Notes: generated by a model not told the origin, from the sequence alone. Shown: positions 20,483-30,862, counted from the stretch's first letter. The stretch is DNA of 64,000 nucleotides from an uncultured delta proteobacterium (GCA_963735595.1 CAVTLK010000005.1:544001-608000), one strand, 5' to 3'. Numbers and translations are program-made.

Positions 20483-21958
20483 ATGCTCAAGAAAATCGTC
20501 CTGATCTGTCTGGCAACGGCCGTCCTGGCGGTTCCGCTGTATGCCGCGGAGTGGCAGGACAACCCCGTTTTCATCCGCGGTGTTCAAAAGAACACGATCT
20601 TCACCTACTACGGGACAAGCTTCGGCGGTGGTGACTTCAGCTCGAGGTCCCATGTCCTCGAGACAATCCCCTACGCCCGCCTTGTCATGGCCGACAATGA
20701 TGCCTATATTCATTCCCTTTATGTCGGCTACGTCCATAACCTCTCGGCCGAGCGGAATTTCGGCGCCTTCGTCAGCCATGGCCTGACGTGGAGCAGCTCC
20801 GACGGTCTCTATTACCAGACCTTCCCCACCACCGGGAACTACTACACCGAGAGCTACCGGGATAAGGTCCTCAACTGGGACACGCGCCTGGACCTCGTCT
20901 ACTCCCAGAAGCTCACCGACCGCCTGGCGCTCGGCGCGGCCTTCACGTTTGCCTACACCGACCTCACCGAGAAGACCCATTACGATACGATCGATAGTTC
21001 GGCCGGTTTTGGATTCCGCACGTACGAGTACGCCCTCACCAGCAGCCGCTACAATCTTGCCGGGACGATCGGGGCGGCCTTCAAGGCGACCGATTCCCTC
21101 GAGCTCGACCTGGCCCTCGAAGCGGGCGGTTTCTTCGGGACAAAGGGGTATGAGGAGCACCTCCTCAACTATGAGGATCTCGGCGAGCGGCACGACTACG
21201 ACAACACGGGCGGCCTCGACGGGTTTACCGTCAGGACCAGGCTCGACGGGAAATTTAAGCCCTCGCCCTCGTTCACGATTCCCTTCCGGTTTGCCTATAC
21301 CCACGCCCGCGGACTGGAGAAGTACGACGGCTTCGGGACCTATACGCCGTCGGCGGGCGCCGCGGGCCCCTACTGGAAGGACTACCGCTCCTACTACAAC
21401 ACTAACCGCTTTGACCTCGGCGCGGGCGTGAACCTCTACCCGAAGGGTGACAAGGGGATGGAGGTCTTCCTCTGGGCGCTCTACGCCTATAAGTATGGGG
21501 ATGAGCACCGGTTCAGCACCACCGACAAAACCGGCGTCGGCTTCAACAACGACATGACCGATACCGTCGTGAGGTTCAACAACCATACGGTAGGCCTCTC
21601 GGCCGGCGTAAACGTGCCGATCACCGACGCGCTGAAGCTCTCCGGCGGTCTGAGCTACTCCTATACCTTCCTCAACCTCCGCGAGAATCAGAATTACTAC
21701 CGTAACCTGGCCCAGATCAGCTACTACGACTACGACGGCACGGGATATGAGCGGTCTCTCGCGGCAAACATCGGGATATCCTATATCACGGGCAACCTCA
21801 AGACGACTCTCACCACCTCGATCCCTATCCTCTACAAATCGGATTACCGCCTGGGCGGCGCGCACACCTTCCCCGCCCTCTTTGGGGGCGACCCGATCGG
21901 CTACACCTCAGAGCGTCGCGATTATTCGATCATCCTGTCGATGTCCTATAGCTTCTGA
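20483..21958 (+). CDS. Putative outer-membrane beta-barrel protein
   Basis: Signal peptide, alternating Tyr/Gly-rich amphipathic strands, C-terminal SMSYSF. GGAGG RBS. Confidence 0.75.
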   Translation: MLKKIVLICLATAVLAVPLYAAEWQDNPVFIRGVQKNTIFTYYGTSFGGGDFSSRSHVLETIPYARLVMADNDAYIHSLYVGYVHNLSAERNFGAFVSHGLTWSSSDGLYYQTFPTTGNYYTESYRDKVLNWDTRLDLVYSQKLTDRLALGAAFTFAYTDLTEKTHYDTIDSSAGFGFRTYEYALTSSRYNLAGTIGAAFKATDSLELDLALEAGGFFGTKGYEEHLLNYEDLGERHDYDNTGGLDGFTVRTRLDGKFKPSPSFTIPFRFAYTHARGLEKYDGFGTYTPSAGAAGPYWKDYRSYYNTNRFDLGAGVNLYPKGDKGMEVFLWALYAYKYGDEHRFSTTDKTGVGFNNDMTDTVVRFNNHTVGLSAGVNVPITDALKLSGGLSYSYTFLNLRENQNYYRNLAQISYYDYDGTGYERSLAANIGISYITGNLKTTLTTSIPILYKSDYRLGGAHTFPALFGGDPIGYTSERRDYSIILSMSYSF

Positions 21959-21992
21959 TCCGTCGCCCGGTAAAGACCGGACGGCATAACGA

Positions 21993-22022
21993 CGGGCCCG
22001 TTATCATCGGGCCCGTTTTTTT
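21993..22022 (+). terminator. Intrinsic terminator
   Basis: ACGGGCCCG-TTATCAT-CGGGCCCGT followed by a T-run. Confidence 0.8.
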
Positions 22023-22031
22023 GTCCGTCAT

Positions 22032-22108
22032 CGAGCGGATGATCGAGAGGGAGATGGAGAGAGAGGTGAGGGGAGGGAAGTAAGAAGAGAAGGAGGGAGG
22101 GGTCGGGT
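22032..22108 (+). pseudogene. Stranded duplicate of the 2TM gene 3' end (copy A at 19863-19941)
   Basis: ERMIEREMEREVRGGK* versus ERMIQREMEKEAKG.. Both copies are followed by GGGGTCGGGT. Confidence 0.8.
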
Positions 22109-22154
22109 CTATAAAGTGAAACAAAACTAAAGATACGCCCCTCTCTTCCCAGAA

Positions 22155-22676
22155 TTAAGGATCACGTTGTGGCATCTTAGGTTTCTTCGAAGGTTTAAGC
22201 CATATATAGGGTGAAGCGTATATTTTTCTTAGGTATTCTTCCCGCTCACTAATATCCTCAAGTTTCTTATTTTCCGATCTAATCTGTTGATAATAATTCA
22301 ACGCTTGTTTTGAAGCTCGACGAACAAATCGTATCGGTAAAAAAAAGAAGGCTGCCACAGCTATCAGTCCAACGCAACTTACGATAAGAAAGCCGTACAG
22401 GGATTCGGTAGGAATTAGGAACTGAGCTAGTATTTGAAGGGCGAATCCCACTAACATGAGTATCGCCCCGGTCCGTGCCTCGATCCCCTGTATTAACCAA
22501 GAAAGTAATAGGTCACAGGCGCCGGGAGAGTAACAGAAACCCCACAAACCCAAGCTTTTTACGTCGCTATATACGCTATCCGGTTTCTTAAATATAAAGC
22601 TACGAGCTATGAAAATGGCACCTAACGCATCTATAAGCATACCGCTTACAGCACAAACGACATTTACCTTCATCAA
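22155..22676 (-). CDS. AT-rich hypothetical membrane protein
   Basis: 173-aa ORF with about 3 hydrophobic helices; visibly lower GC than its neighbours. Confidence 0.65.
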   Translation of the reverse strand: MMKVNVVCAVSGMLIDALGAIFIARSFIFKKPDSVYSDVKSLGLWGFCYSPGACDLLLSWLIQGIEARTGAILMLVGFALQILAQFLIPTESLYGFLIVSCVGLIAVAAFFFLPIRFVRRASKQALNYYQQIRSENKKLEDISEREEYLRKIYASPYIWLKPSKKPKMPQRDP

Positions 22677-22707
22677 TTACTACTGCCTTTAAAACCGATT
22701 TGTTTCC

Positions 22708-23073
22708 TTACTTCTTTTCCTCCCTCCACCCAATCTCCACCAGCCAGAGTCCGTCGCCGGACTTGACGAGCTGGGAGAAGCCCTCGAATCCTTCCACGTC
22801 CGACACCATGATCCAGGGCGACGCGTTGAGGGCGGCGAGTGCCTCGGGGGTGGCATTTCCGTCGTCGGCGAACGCGAGCCTACCGCCGGGCGCAAACCGC
22901 GCGTGGCGGGCGGCCGTGATCACCGGCAGCATGAATTCGGTCGGTTCACGCCGGGAAACGACCTGTTCTTCCCGGAGATAGTCGGTCATAACTTCATTCA
23001 TCTTCTTTCGTCGGTCGGCTGTCATCTCTTTTAGCCCTCCCTTTTTCACCTGCCGTCTTTGTCCCCGCGGCAT
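22708..23073 (-). CDS. Hypothetical protein (start may be the internal Met after GGAGG)
   Basis: ORF only; no recognised motif. Confidence 0.45.
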   Translation of the reverse strand: MPRGQRRQVKKGGLKEMTADRRKKMNEVMTDYLREEQVVSRREPTEFMLPVITAARHARFAPGGRLAFADDGNATPEALAALNASPWIMVSDVEGFEGFSQLVKSGDGLWLVEIGWREEKK

Positions 23074-23185
23074 TCGTCGGGAATAGTACTGACACTATAC
23101 GTAATTATACCTTTTATTTACGGGAGATGGGTTTATTTAATTACGTACGGTGTCGCCACAATTCCCCGAAATCCCCTTAACCCCC

Positions 23186-24923
23186 TTAACCCGAATAGGC
23201 CTTCAGGGAATACTCCAGCACCATCCGGTGGGTGTTGAAGAACGAGCCGTTGATGGCAATCGCGTTGCGCATGACGTTTATCCAGTCGTCCCGCTCGTGG
23301 TAGAACATCGGGATGATGACATACTCCAACTTGCCGTAGAGAGACTCGGCGTGTTCCCTGTCGCTGCTTTCCTGCTCGCGCGCCTGCCCGACGGCCCACC
23401 CGGTAAGCCCCTCGATGCACCCCTCGATCCACCAGCCGTCCAGGACGCTCAGCGACGGTACGCCGTTGTGGGCGGTCTTCATACCGGACGTCCCGGAGGC
23501 CTCGAGGGGCTTCTTGGGCGTATTGAGCCACAGGTCCACGCCCGCCACCAGCAGCTTTGCCACCTCGATGTCGTAGTTCTCGAGGTAGACGACCTTGATA
23601 TCGTTCTTGAGCTGCCGGGAGAGGTCGACTATCCGTTTAATCAGGTCTTTGCCCGGCCAGTCGTGGGGGTGCGCCTTGCCGCCGAAGATGAGCTGTATCG
23701 GCCCGGCCTGCCTGGAAATCTCGATGAGCTGGTTTACGTCGTGAAAGATCAGGTCGGCCCGTTTATAGGCGGTGGCCCTGCGGGCACACCCGATGGTCAT
23801 TATATGCGGGTCGAGCCCGGCGCCGGTTCGGCCGTTCACGCAGTCGATGAGCCGGACCTTCGCCTCCTGGTGGGCCGCCCATATCTCGTCCTTGGGGATA
23901 CTCAGGGCATACCGGAGGCTGAACGATTCGCGCTGCCATCCGGGGATATAGGTATCGAAGAGCCTCGCCAGGCCCTCGCACACCCAGGTCGCCGAATGCA
24001 CGCCGTTGGTTATCGAATCGATCTGGTAGCCGGGGAACATCTCCCGCGATACCTTCCCGTGCTGCTTGGCGACCCCGTTGTGATAGCGGCTGAGGTTGAG
24101 CGCAAGCAGGGTCATGTTCAGCGCGTCGTTGCCGCCGATTTCCCGGAGGAAGTCAAGCGGGACGTAGTCGCCCAGGACCTGCTGGACGAGGTCGTAGGGG
24201 AACTGGTCCATCCCGGCCGGAACGGGCGTGTGCGTGGTGAATACGCATTGTTTCTTTACGCCGTGGATGTCCCAGACGGGGTCGCAGTCCCTTTTTGACT
24301 CGTTGAGGAGCGTGAGCACCAACAGGGCCGAATGCCCCTCGTTCATATGATACCGGTCGAGCGAGGTATACCCCAGCTCCCGCAGCATCGTCAGGCCGCC
24401 GATCCCGAGGATCACCTCCTGGCAGAGGCGGTAGCGCCGGTCCCCCCCGTAGAGGTGGTAGGTCAGCTCCCTGTCGGCCCCGGCGTTTTCCGGGACGTCG
24501 GCGTCCAGGAATATCACCGGCAGGCAATGGCCGGCTACCCCCCGCACGGTGTACATCCACGCCTGGATGACGACGGGCCTGCCTTCTATCTGCACCGTGA
24601 CGCGGGCGGGCAGGAGGGCCAGCAATTCGCACGGGGTTCCACTCGTCCGGCAGCTCCTCCTGGCATCCCTGGTCGTTGATCTTCTGGCGGAAGTATCCCT
24701 TTTTTGTCAGCAGGCTGACCGCCACCATCGGCACGCCCAGGTCGGCGCACGACCGTATCGTATCGGCGGCCAGGACCCCCAGGCCCCCGCTGTAGGTCGC
24801 GATCCGTGAGTCGATGCCTATTTCCATCGAGAAATAGGCCACCCTCCGCTCGTCCTTTAGAAGTATATCCCCCGGAGGGCAGTCTTGCCCGAAATCCCGC
24901 CTGGCCGTATCATCCATGTTCAT
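23186..24923 (-). CDS. glgP: Alpha-glucan phosphorylase; frameshift near 24630
   Basis: [18 protein letters not shown] in ORF 24153..24923; [16 protein letters not shown] and EASGTSGMK in ORF 23186..24625. Confidence 0.9.
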
Positions 24924-26229
24924 TACCCGCCAGGGAGCTTTGCACCTGCGAGATTTCGACCTCTTTCTCCTGCCCCGTCTTCATGTCCTTGATCTTGACC
25001 ATCCCGCGGGAAAGCTCGTCGGGCGCCACGATGACGACCTGTGCGGCGCCGGACCTGTCGGCATAGGCGAATTTCTTCTTGAGCTTTCCGCCGTCGGTAT
25101 AGACGTCGGTATTGACCCCGGCGGCCCGCAGCTCGTGGGCGATCTTCATCGCCGGGCCCATCTCGGCCTCCCCGAAGGCGATGACCAGCACCGCCGCGGC
25201 GGACCCCGCATCGGCAAACAGACCCGTCTCGTTTACCACGTCTATGATGCGCTCCAGCCCCAGGGCCATGCCCGTGGCCGGCACGTCGATGCCGGTGAAG
25301 AGCCCGATCACCCCGTCGTACCGCCCGCCGCCGGCGAGGCTGCCGATCTTTGGGGCGGTGACCACCGTCTCGAAAACCGGGCCGGTATAGTAGGCAAGGC
25401 CCCGGGCCAGGCGCGGGGCAAACGAGACGCGCGTGGGGTCAATGCCGGCCTCGGAAAGGAGCCGGAATATCTTCGTGAGGTCTGCGAGCGCCCCGGCCGC
25501 GAGTTCGTTTCCGGAAAGCTCGCCGCCCATGCGGGCGAGGTCGGCCGCCGCGTCCCCCGTTGTCCCGGTGAGCGAGAAGAGCGAGTCTATCGCCGCCGCC
25601 GAAAATTTCGCCTCGGCAAACTCCGCCCTGACGGCCTCCTCTCCGACCTTATCGAGCTTATCCAGGACGCGCATGGCAGCGGCGGCGCGCGTCTCGTCGA
25701 TGCCGATGTGCGCCATGATCCCTGCCAGGAGCTTCCGGTGGTTGACGAGCGTCACCGAGCTCTTGAAGCCCAGGTCGCCCATGACATCGGTAATGAGCGC
25801 GATGATCTCGGTGTCGGCCGCAGCGTCCCTGACCCCGACGATATCCGCGTCGCACTGGAAGAACTCACGAAGCCTCCCGCGCTGGGGCTTTTCGGCCCGC
25901 CAGACCGGCTGGATCTGGTAACGCTTGAACGGCATGACGATCTTGTCCTGATACTGGGCGATGACCCGGCACATGGGCACGGTCAGGTCATACTTGAGGG
26001 CCACCTCCCTGCCCCCCTTGTAGGCCAGGTCAAAGATCAGCCCCTCGCCCTCGTCGCCGTATTTGCCGGTGAGGATATCGTAATACTCCATGGCGGGGGT
26101 GGCCAGCGGGGCAAAGCCGTAGGTCTCGAACCGCTTCTTGATGATGCCGATGACGTGCTCGCGCACGCGCATATCGTCGGGGAGGAAATCCCGGGTGCCC
26201 TTCATGATCCGTGGTTTGATGATGTCCAT
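24910..26229 (-). CDS. hisS: Histidine--tRNA ligase
   Basis: [41 protein letters not shown] and GGGRYD motifs. Confidence 0.97.
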   Translation of the reverse strand: MDIIKPRIMKGTRDFLPDDMRVREHVIGIIKKRFETYGFAPLATPAMEYYDILTGKYGDEGEGLIFDLAYKGGREVALKYDLTVPMCRVIAQYQDKIVMPFKRYQIQPVWRAEKPQRGRLREFFQCDADIVGVRDAAADTEIIALITDVMGDLGFKSSVTLVNHRKLLAGIMAHIGIDETRAAAAMRVLDKLDKVGEEAVRAEFAEAKFSAAAIDSLFSLTGTTGDAAADLARMGGELSGNELAAGALADLTKIFRLLSEAGIDPTRVSFAPRLARGLAYYTGPVFETVVTAPKIGSLAGGGRYDGVIGLFTGIDVPATGMALGLERIIDVVNETGLFADAGSAAAVLVIAFGEAEMGPAMKIAHELRAAGVNTDVYTDGGKLKKKFAYADRSGAAQVVIVAPDELSRGMVKIKDMKTGQEKEVEISQVQSSLAGNEHG

Positions 26230-26408
26230 GTCGGTCTATTTTTTCCTGTATTGAATTGGGTGGCGGACGTCCCTTTTGTATCAGAAGCGGCCAGAAAAGT
26301 CAACAAACGGCGCCCGGCCCGTGTTTCGGTTCACCGCGCGGCAAAGGCGCCGGCCGGCTGCCCGCCATGAGTGTGCTGAAATATACCGAAATATGCCCCA
26401 TTTTTTTC

Positions 26409-26652
26409 TTGACAACCGATAAATAGCCGTGCGAAAATAACCAAAAATCGGGTATTGGTGCCCGAGTGAAGGTGCTGCCGGAGAGGGAGTTTGACTGCCT
26501 TCCTTGAGGTGATCAGCGAACTTAAAGGCGGCTTTTTTATTTTCTGATTCTCGTGTTTAACATACTGTTCTGTGCGCCGAGGTCCTTCAGCATTTCTCAC
26601 TTCCACCTCCCCAGAAGTTCAGTGTTAGCAGGAGAGTAAGAAGGAGTTGAAG
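26409..26652 (+). promoter_or_regulatory. Promoter and conserved structured 5' leader of RRM gene 1
   Basis: TTGACA at 26409. Blocks 26474-26556 and 26579-26652 are conserved with 34645-34819. Confidence 0.7.
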
Positions 26653-26949
26653 ATGCAGGAAAACAAGTTGTTTGTCGGAAACCTCACCTACTCGGTCACG
26701 ACCGAGGAACTCACCGATCTCTTTTCCAACCACGGCACGGTTGTCGAGGCCAAGGTTATCGAGGGAAAGGGCTTTGGGTTTGTCGAGATGTCCTCCAAGG
26801 AAGAGGCCGACGCGGCCAAGGAGGCCCTGAACGGCACGGACTTTTCCGGAAGGACCCTGAACGTGGATACGGCAAAGCCGCCGCGAAGCAGGGACGACAG
26901 GGGCGGCGGTAACCGGGGCGGCGGCGGCGGAGGCTTTCGCCGGTACTAA
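26653..26949 (+). CDS. RRM RNA-binding protein with Gly-rich tail (copy 1)
   Basis: RNP2 LFVGNL and RNP1 KGFGFVEM. AAGGAG RBS favours ATG 26653. Confidence 0.95.
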   Translation: MQENKLFVGNLTYSVTTEELTDLFSNHGTVVEAKVIEGKGFGFVEMSSKEEADAAKEALNGTDFSGRTLNVDTAKPPRSRDDRGGGNRGGGGGGFRRY

Positions 26950-26967
26950 ACCAATCGGTTTTTAGCC

Positions 26968-26999
26968 AAAAAAAGGAGGGAACTATCCCTCCTTTTTTT
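26968..26999 (+). terminator. Intrinsic terminator
   Basis: AAAAGGAGGGA-ACTA-TCCCTCCTTTTTTT. Confidence 0.85.
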
Positions 27000-27172
27000 A
27001 TTGGGCGCGAAAATGCGTTACAGGACACACTCGGTATGGAGTAACGGCTTAATCGACTATGAGACACCGGGTCGCTGATCTCCTTCTCCTCGCGTGGGAG
27101 GCGCGCCGGTTTATGACCTCTTTTCGGGGAGGTGGATTCAAGGATTTTTCGCAGCGGGGGGGGCCTTGACGA

Positions 27173-27472
27173 TTATTCCTTTCGCCTGAGGTCCTCCCGG
27201 AAGTTGAGGGCCACGTAAAGGTTAAAGGCCACCTCCGGCGGGAACAGTGCGACCCGATCGCCGTCTTTGACGTGATCGTCGAAAGCGGCGATCGTTCCGT
27301 TTATCATGATCATCCTGACACAGTCCTTCGTGATACCAACGATGGATACGATCTCCTCGACGGACGAGCCGTCTTCGACCTCCAGGTCTATTTCGCCTAC
27401 CGGGCCGCAGTCAATACGTTCCCTCAGGGAAGCAAAGAGCTTTGCTGTTATCTTGATCGTGTTCAGGGTCAT
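27173..27472 (-). CDS. MoaD/ThiS-like protein lacking the C-terminal GG, with an extension
   Basis: I.AKLFASLRE...GDRVALFPP followed by EVAFNLYVALNFREDLRRKE. Confidence 0.75.
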   Translation of the reverse strand: MTLNTIKITAKLFASLRERIDCGPVGEIDLEVEDGSSVEEIVSIVGITKDCVRMIMINGTIAAFDDHVKDGDRVALFPPEVAFNLYVALNFREDLRRKE

Positions 27473-27565
27473 TCCAGCACCCTCATGGGTTAGTACGCAG
27501 ACACCCGTTTACGGGCCCGTAAAGTGAGACGGATACTATTCTTCCGCGTGCCTGATCGCACCGTA

Positions 27566-27802
27566 TCAGCCGCCGGCGATCGGGGGGAATATCCCCACCC
27601 GGTTGTCCTCGCTCAGCGGGGTTTCTTTTGTTCCATGAATGCCGTTGACGAAAATGATCTTCTTGATGTTATCGGGTATCCCCAGCAGGGCAAGGATATC
27701 CCCCACGGTGCTTCCGCGGGGGATATCCATGATAGCGTGTCCTGTGCGTTCATCCGATGAGTATTTTCTGAATCCGGCAAAGAGTTTTATCTCGACCTTC
27801 AT
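27566..27802 (-). CDS. moaD: MoaD/ThiS sulfur carrier
   Basis: VEIKLFAGFR...RVGIFPPIAGG. Confidence 0.88.
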   Translation of the reverse strand: MKVEIKLFAGFRKYSSDERTGHAIMDIPRGSTVGDILALLGIPDNIKKIIFVNGIHGTKETPLSEDNRVGIFPPIAGG

Positions 27803-27900
27803 GGCTTACGGGAGTTGTTTCCATTCATAGCGAAATCCCGGCGTTATCCCCGCGCGGCTCTGCGATCGGAGGCGGCGGCGCCGGCCCGTGGTATTCGGGA

Positions 27901-29631
27901 CTAAAAGTTGAAAACCTCATCGAGTTGGGCGTCGGTAACCTCGAACACCTTGCCGTGCGGTTTCAATGTCTCGGTCAAGAAGAATTTCGGCAGGCGATCA
28001 TCCGCGCTGGTCAACCCGGCCTTCCGGTTAAACTCCCGCTCCGTCTTGAGTATCCGCTTGCCGAGAGCAAGCACGTCATCGGCGGTGAGTTTCAGCCCGT
28101 ACTGGGCGTTGAGCATCTCATAGATGCCCTCGAAACCGGCAGGGATGTCCAGGATCGCGAAGGCCACGAAAACGCACATACCCGCGGTATCCAGGGCGGC
28201 CGTGGCTATTTGGAGGTTCCTGGATGTATCGACCTGCCCCTCCGGTTTCAGGGGATCCACAAAACCTCCAACCTTCAGGATGTTGGGGGCGATCGCGTAT
28301 CCGGCGGTATGGTCGGCGCCCATCGTCGAGGTGGCATAGGTGACCCCGATGCCCATAATGGGCCTCGGATCATACGCGGGGAGCCCCTGACCCTTCACCA
28401 CGGGCACCCGGGACACGTTGTACGCCTTGCCGACGGATGCCGCACCGTTACCGAGGATTAGGCCGAGCTCCGAACCTTTTGGCACTTCCTTGATCAATTC
28501 AATAGCCCCCTTGGCATCACCGAATTTCTTGACGCCGGCCTCCATCGCCACGGCGACCGCGTCCCCCCATTCGATAGTGTCCAGGCCGTAGTCGTCACAA
28601 TGGCGGTCTATCTGGGCGATTGCGTCCAGGTCATCGATCCCGCAGTTGGCCCCGTTTGCCCATATCGTCTCGTACTCCGGTCCCTTCGTGACGTACTTGC
28701 CGTCCTTGTCGTGGTAGATGCGGGAACACTGGATTACGCATCCGGGCATGCACCCGTGGGCGATTTTCCCGCCCCGTTCAAGGATCACGTCGTGCTGCCT
28801 TTCACCGCTGATCTTTTCCACCCCCTCAAATCTCCCCTCGGAAAAGTTCCGTGTCGGGTAACCGCCGGCCTCGTTGATGATGTTTGCCAGGACGTTCGTT
28901 CCATAGGTTGGAAGGCCCTGACTGGTAACGGGATGGGTCTTGAGGGCATCCAGAAGCTTCTTCGATGCCTTCTTGAATCCTTCGGGATCCACGGGTTTGG
29001 CATACTGCCCGCCGCTATCGTCGATGACAACGGCTTTCAGCCCCTTTGATCCCATGACAGCTCCTACTCCTCCCCGGCCCGCGTGCCGCGTGGGACGATT
29101 CTCACGGTCCGTGATCGCAACGGATGCCGCCTTGAGGAGCATTTCCCCCGCTTGTCCGATGGAAGCGTATCCGACCTTCTGCCCGAACTTCGCGGTAAGA
29201 TGTGCCACGGTGTCGTAGTTACCCAAGCCCTTCAGATCGTCTGCGGGCTCGATCGTGCCTCCGTCCTTGGACAGGATGAGCTTATAAAACTTGTTTCCCT
29301 TCGGTTTCCCCTCCACGACCACCGCGGCGATCCCCATCCTGCCGAGTTTGTTGCCCACCACGCCGCCCGAGTTGGATTCCTTGATGCCGCCGGTTAGCGG
29401 GCTCTTGCACCCCACGGATAGACGTCCGGCGTTCGGGGCGGGCGTGTTATTCAGGAGACCGGGGGCAAACACCAGCTTATTCTCGGGTCCCAGGGGGTCG
29501 CATGTCGGCGGCACCTCCGCCGCCACGATGGTTGAGGTAAGACCCCTGCCGCCCAAGCCCCGGTAGGCTTCGGGTACCGATTCTACCCTGACCGTAAGAT
29601 CATCCATGTTGACCCGTAAAATCTTGTCCAT
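27901..29631 (-). CDS. aor: Aldehyde:ferredoxin oxidoreductase (tungsten family)
   Basis: KSPLTGGIKESNSGG, AGRGGVGAVMGSKGLKA, CMPGCVIQC, GPEYET, GLDTIE and DRLP motifs. Confidence 0.93.
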   Translation of the reverse strand: MDKILRVNMDDLTVRVESVPEAYRGLGGRGLTSTIVAAEVPPTCDPLGPENKLVFAPGLLNNTPAPNAGRLSVGCKSPLTGGIKESNSGGVVGNKLGRMGIAAVVVEGKPKGNKFYKLILSKDGGTIEPADDLKGLGNYDTVAHLTAKFGQKVGYASIGQAGEMLLKAASVAITDRENRPTRHAGRGGVGAVMGSKGLKAVVIDDSGGQYAKPVDPEGFKKASKKLLDALKTHPVTSQGLPTYGTNVLANIINEAGGYPTRNFSEGRFEGVEKISGERQHDVILERGGKIAHGCMPGCVIQCSRIYHDKDGKYVTKGPEYETIWANGANCGIDDLDAIAQIDRHCDDYGLDTIEWGDAVAVAMEAGVKKFGDAKGAIELIKEVPKGSELGLILGNGAASVGKAYNVSRVPVVKGQGLPAYDPRPIMGIGVTYATSTMGADHTAGYAIAPNILKVGGFVDPLKPEGQVDTSRNLQIATAALDTAGMCVFVAFAILDIPAGFEGIYEMLNAQYGLKLTADDVLALGKRILKTEREFNRKAGLTSADDRLPKFFLTETLKPHGKVFEVTDAQLDEVFNF

Positions 29632-29690
29632 GGCAATCTCCTTCATAATGTATATGAAAGCATAGTGAGGTTAAAGAGCGTGATGAAAAT

Positions 29691-29826
29691 AAAAAAAGGA
29701 AGAAACCCCGACGAGCCTGTGAACTGCTTCGTCGGCCTCTCTTCCTTTGCAAACACGGCAGGGTAGCGAATTGCTTCGCGACCCCTATCGTCCCGGACAT
29801 CCCAGATGGATCTCCGGGATCGGAAG
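29691..29826 (-). ncRNA. Moco/Tuco-type riboswitch candidate with terminator
   Basis: Minus strand: CUUCC...GGAAG P1, UCCCGGA/UCCGGGA P2, AGGG-GCGAA-GCAA-UUCGC-CCCU GNRA hairpin, CCGUGUUUGCAAAGGAAG 3' segment, then a CCGACGA/UCGUCGG hairpin and U-tract. Located upstream of aor-moaD. Confidence 0.7.
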
Positions 29827-29909
29827 CGCCTATCTATATGTGTACGGCTTAATTTGTATACGAATTATGAGTATTTGTCAAGAAGTTTTTCCCTGGCTAT
29901 AAATATCTC

Positions 29910-30626
29910 TTACGATGCTGCTATTACGTGCGCGCGGAAGACGCTTCCCCGGCCCTTCGGGCACGCCGCCCTGCACGTGCGGCAGGTGTAGAGCGAATAT
30001 CCCTTCTTGGTGGTAATCGAAGATTTCGACCGGCACAACTTCTGGGTGACGCCGGCATCCCCGACCGCGCCCGCCGGGCACGCCGTCACGCAGGCGCGGC
30101 AGTCATCGCACCCCAGCCTGTACGCGGCGACGGCGTCGCCGTCAAGGTCCCGGTCGACCAGCAGGGCGCCCAGCGTGATCCGGTTTCCGAACCGGTCGTT
30201 GGTAAGCAGCGTGTTTGTGCCCATCACGCCCAGCCCCGCCAAGACGGCCGCGTGCTTCAGGGAGAGGATCCCCCGCCCCTCGCGCTTTTCTTCATCCCAG
30301 TACTCGTACGGCTCGCTCGGGACGGGAACCGTTCCGACCCCCTTGTCCTCAAGCAGGATCGCCAGGTCGCGCGTGAGCCTGAACACCTCCGAAAGCGTCG
30401 CCTCGTTGGCCCACGTGTAGGGGACCGGGCCGGGCGCGCGCATCGCCCCCTCGGGCAGCCGCCTGGCAACGACCACCACGGACCGTGCGCCGGCCCAGAT
30501 GTCGGCCGGGGCAAACCCCGGCGGCGCCTGGGAAAACCGGGAGACCGGCGCGACGCCGCAGAGGTCGGCGCCGGCCTTTGCGGCAAGTCTTTTAATGCGG
30601 GACGCAGTTATCATCGGCATGCTCAC
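29910..30626 (-). CDS. QueG-like (epoxyqueuosine reductase family) 4Fe-4S protein
   Basis: GADLCGVA, SLKHAAVLAGLG.MG.N.L and CDDCRACVTACP motifs. Confidence 0.8.
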   Translation of the reverse strand: MSMPMITASRIKRLAAKAGADLCGVAPVSRFSQAPPGFAPADIWAGARSVVVVARRLPEGAMRAPGPVPYTWANEATLSEVFRLTRDLAILLEDKGVGTVPVPSEPYEYWDEEKREGRGILSLKHAAVLAGLGVMGTNTLLTNDRFGNRITLGALLVDRDLDGDAVAAYRLGCDDCRACVTACPAGAVGDAGVTQKLCRSKSSITTKKGYSLYTCRTCRAACPKGRGSVFRAHVIAAS

Positions 30627-30862
30627 TTTCGGTGGGTAACGAAAAAACTGACTATATCATATTTCTGATATGGGTCAAAGGGCGTTCAATGATTATGACC
30701 AAACTTTAGCGGCCGCGTTCCCCCTTGTCGCCCGCAGATCGGCACACGGAGCCGTCGTCGCGACGCTCGGCGTGTATTTTTTCCTTTTCATGTGGGCGGC
30801 AATATGTTCAAATGGGGCATCCTGCCGTTACGCCATATTAATCTGTTGAGGGGCATATTTCT

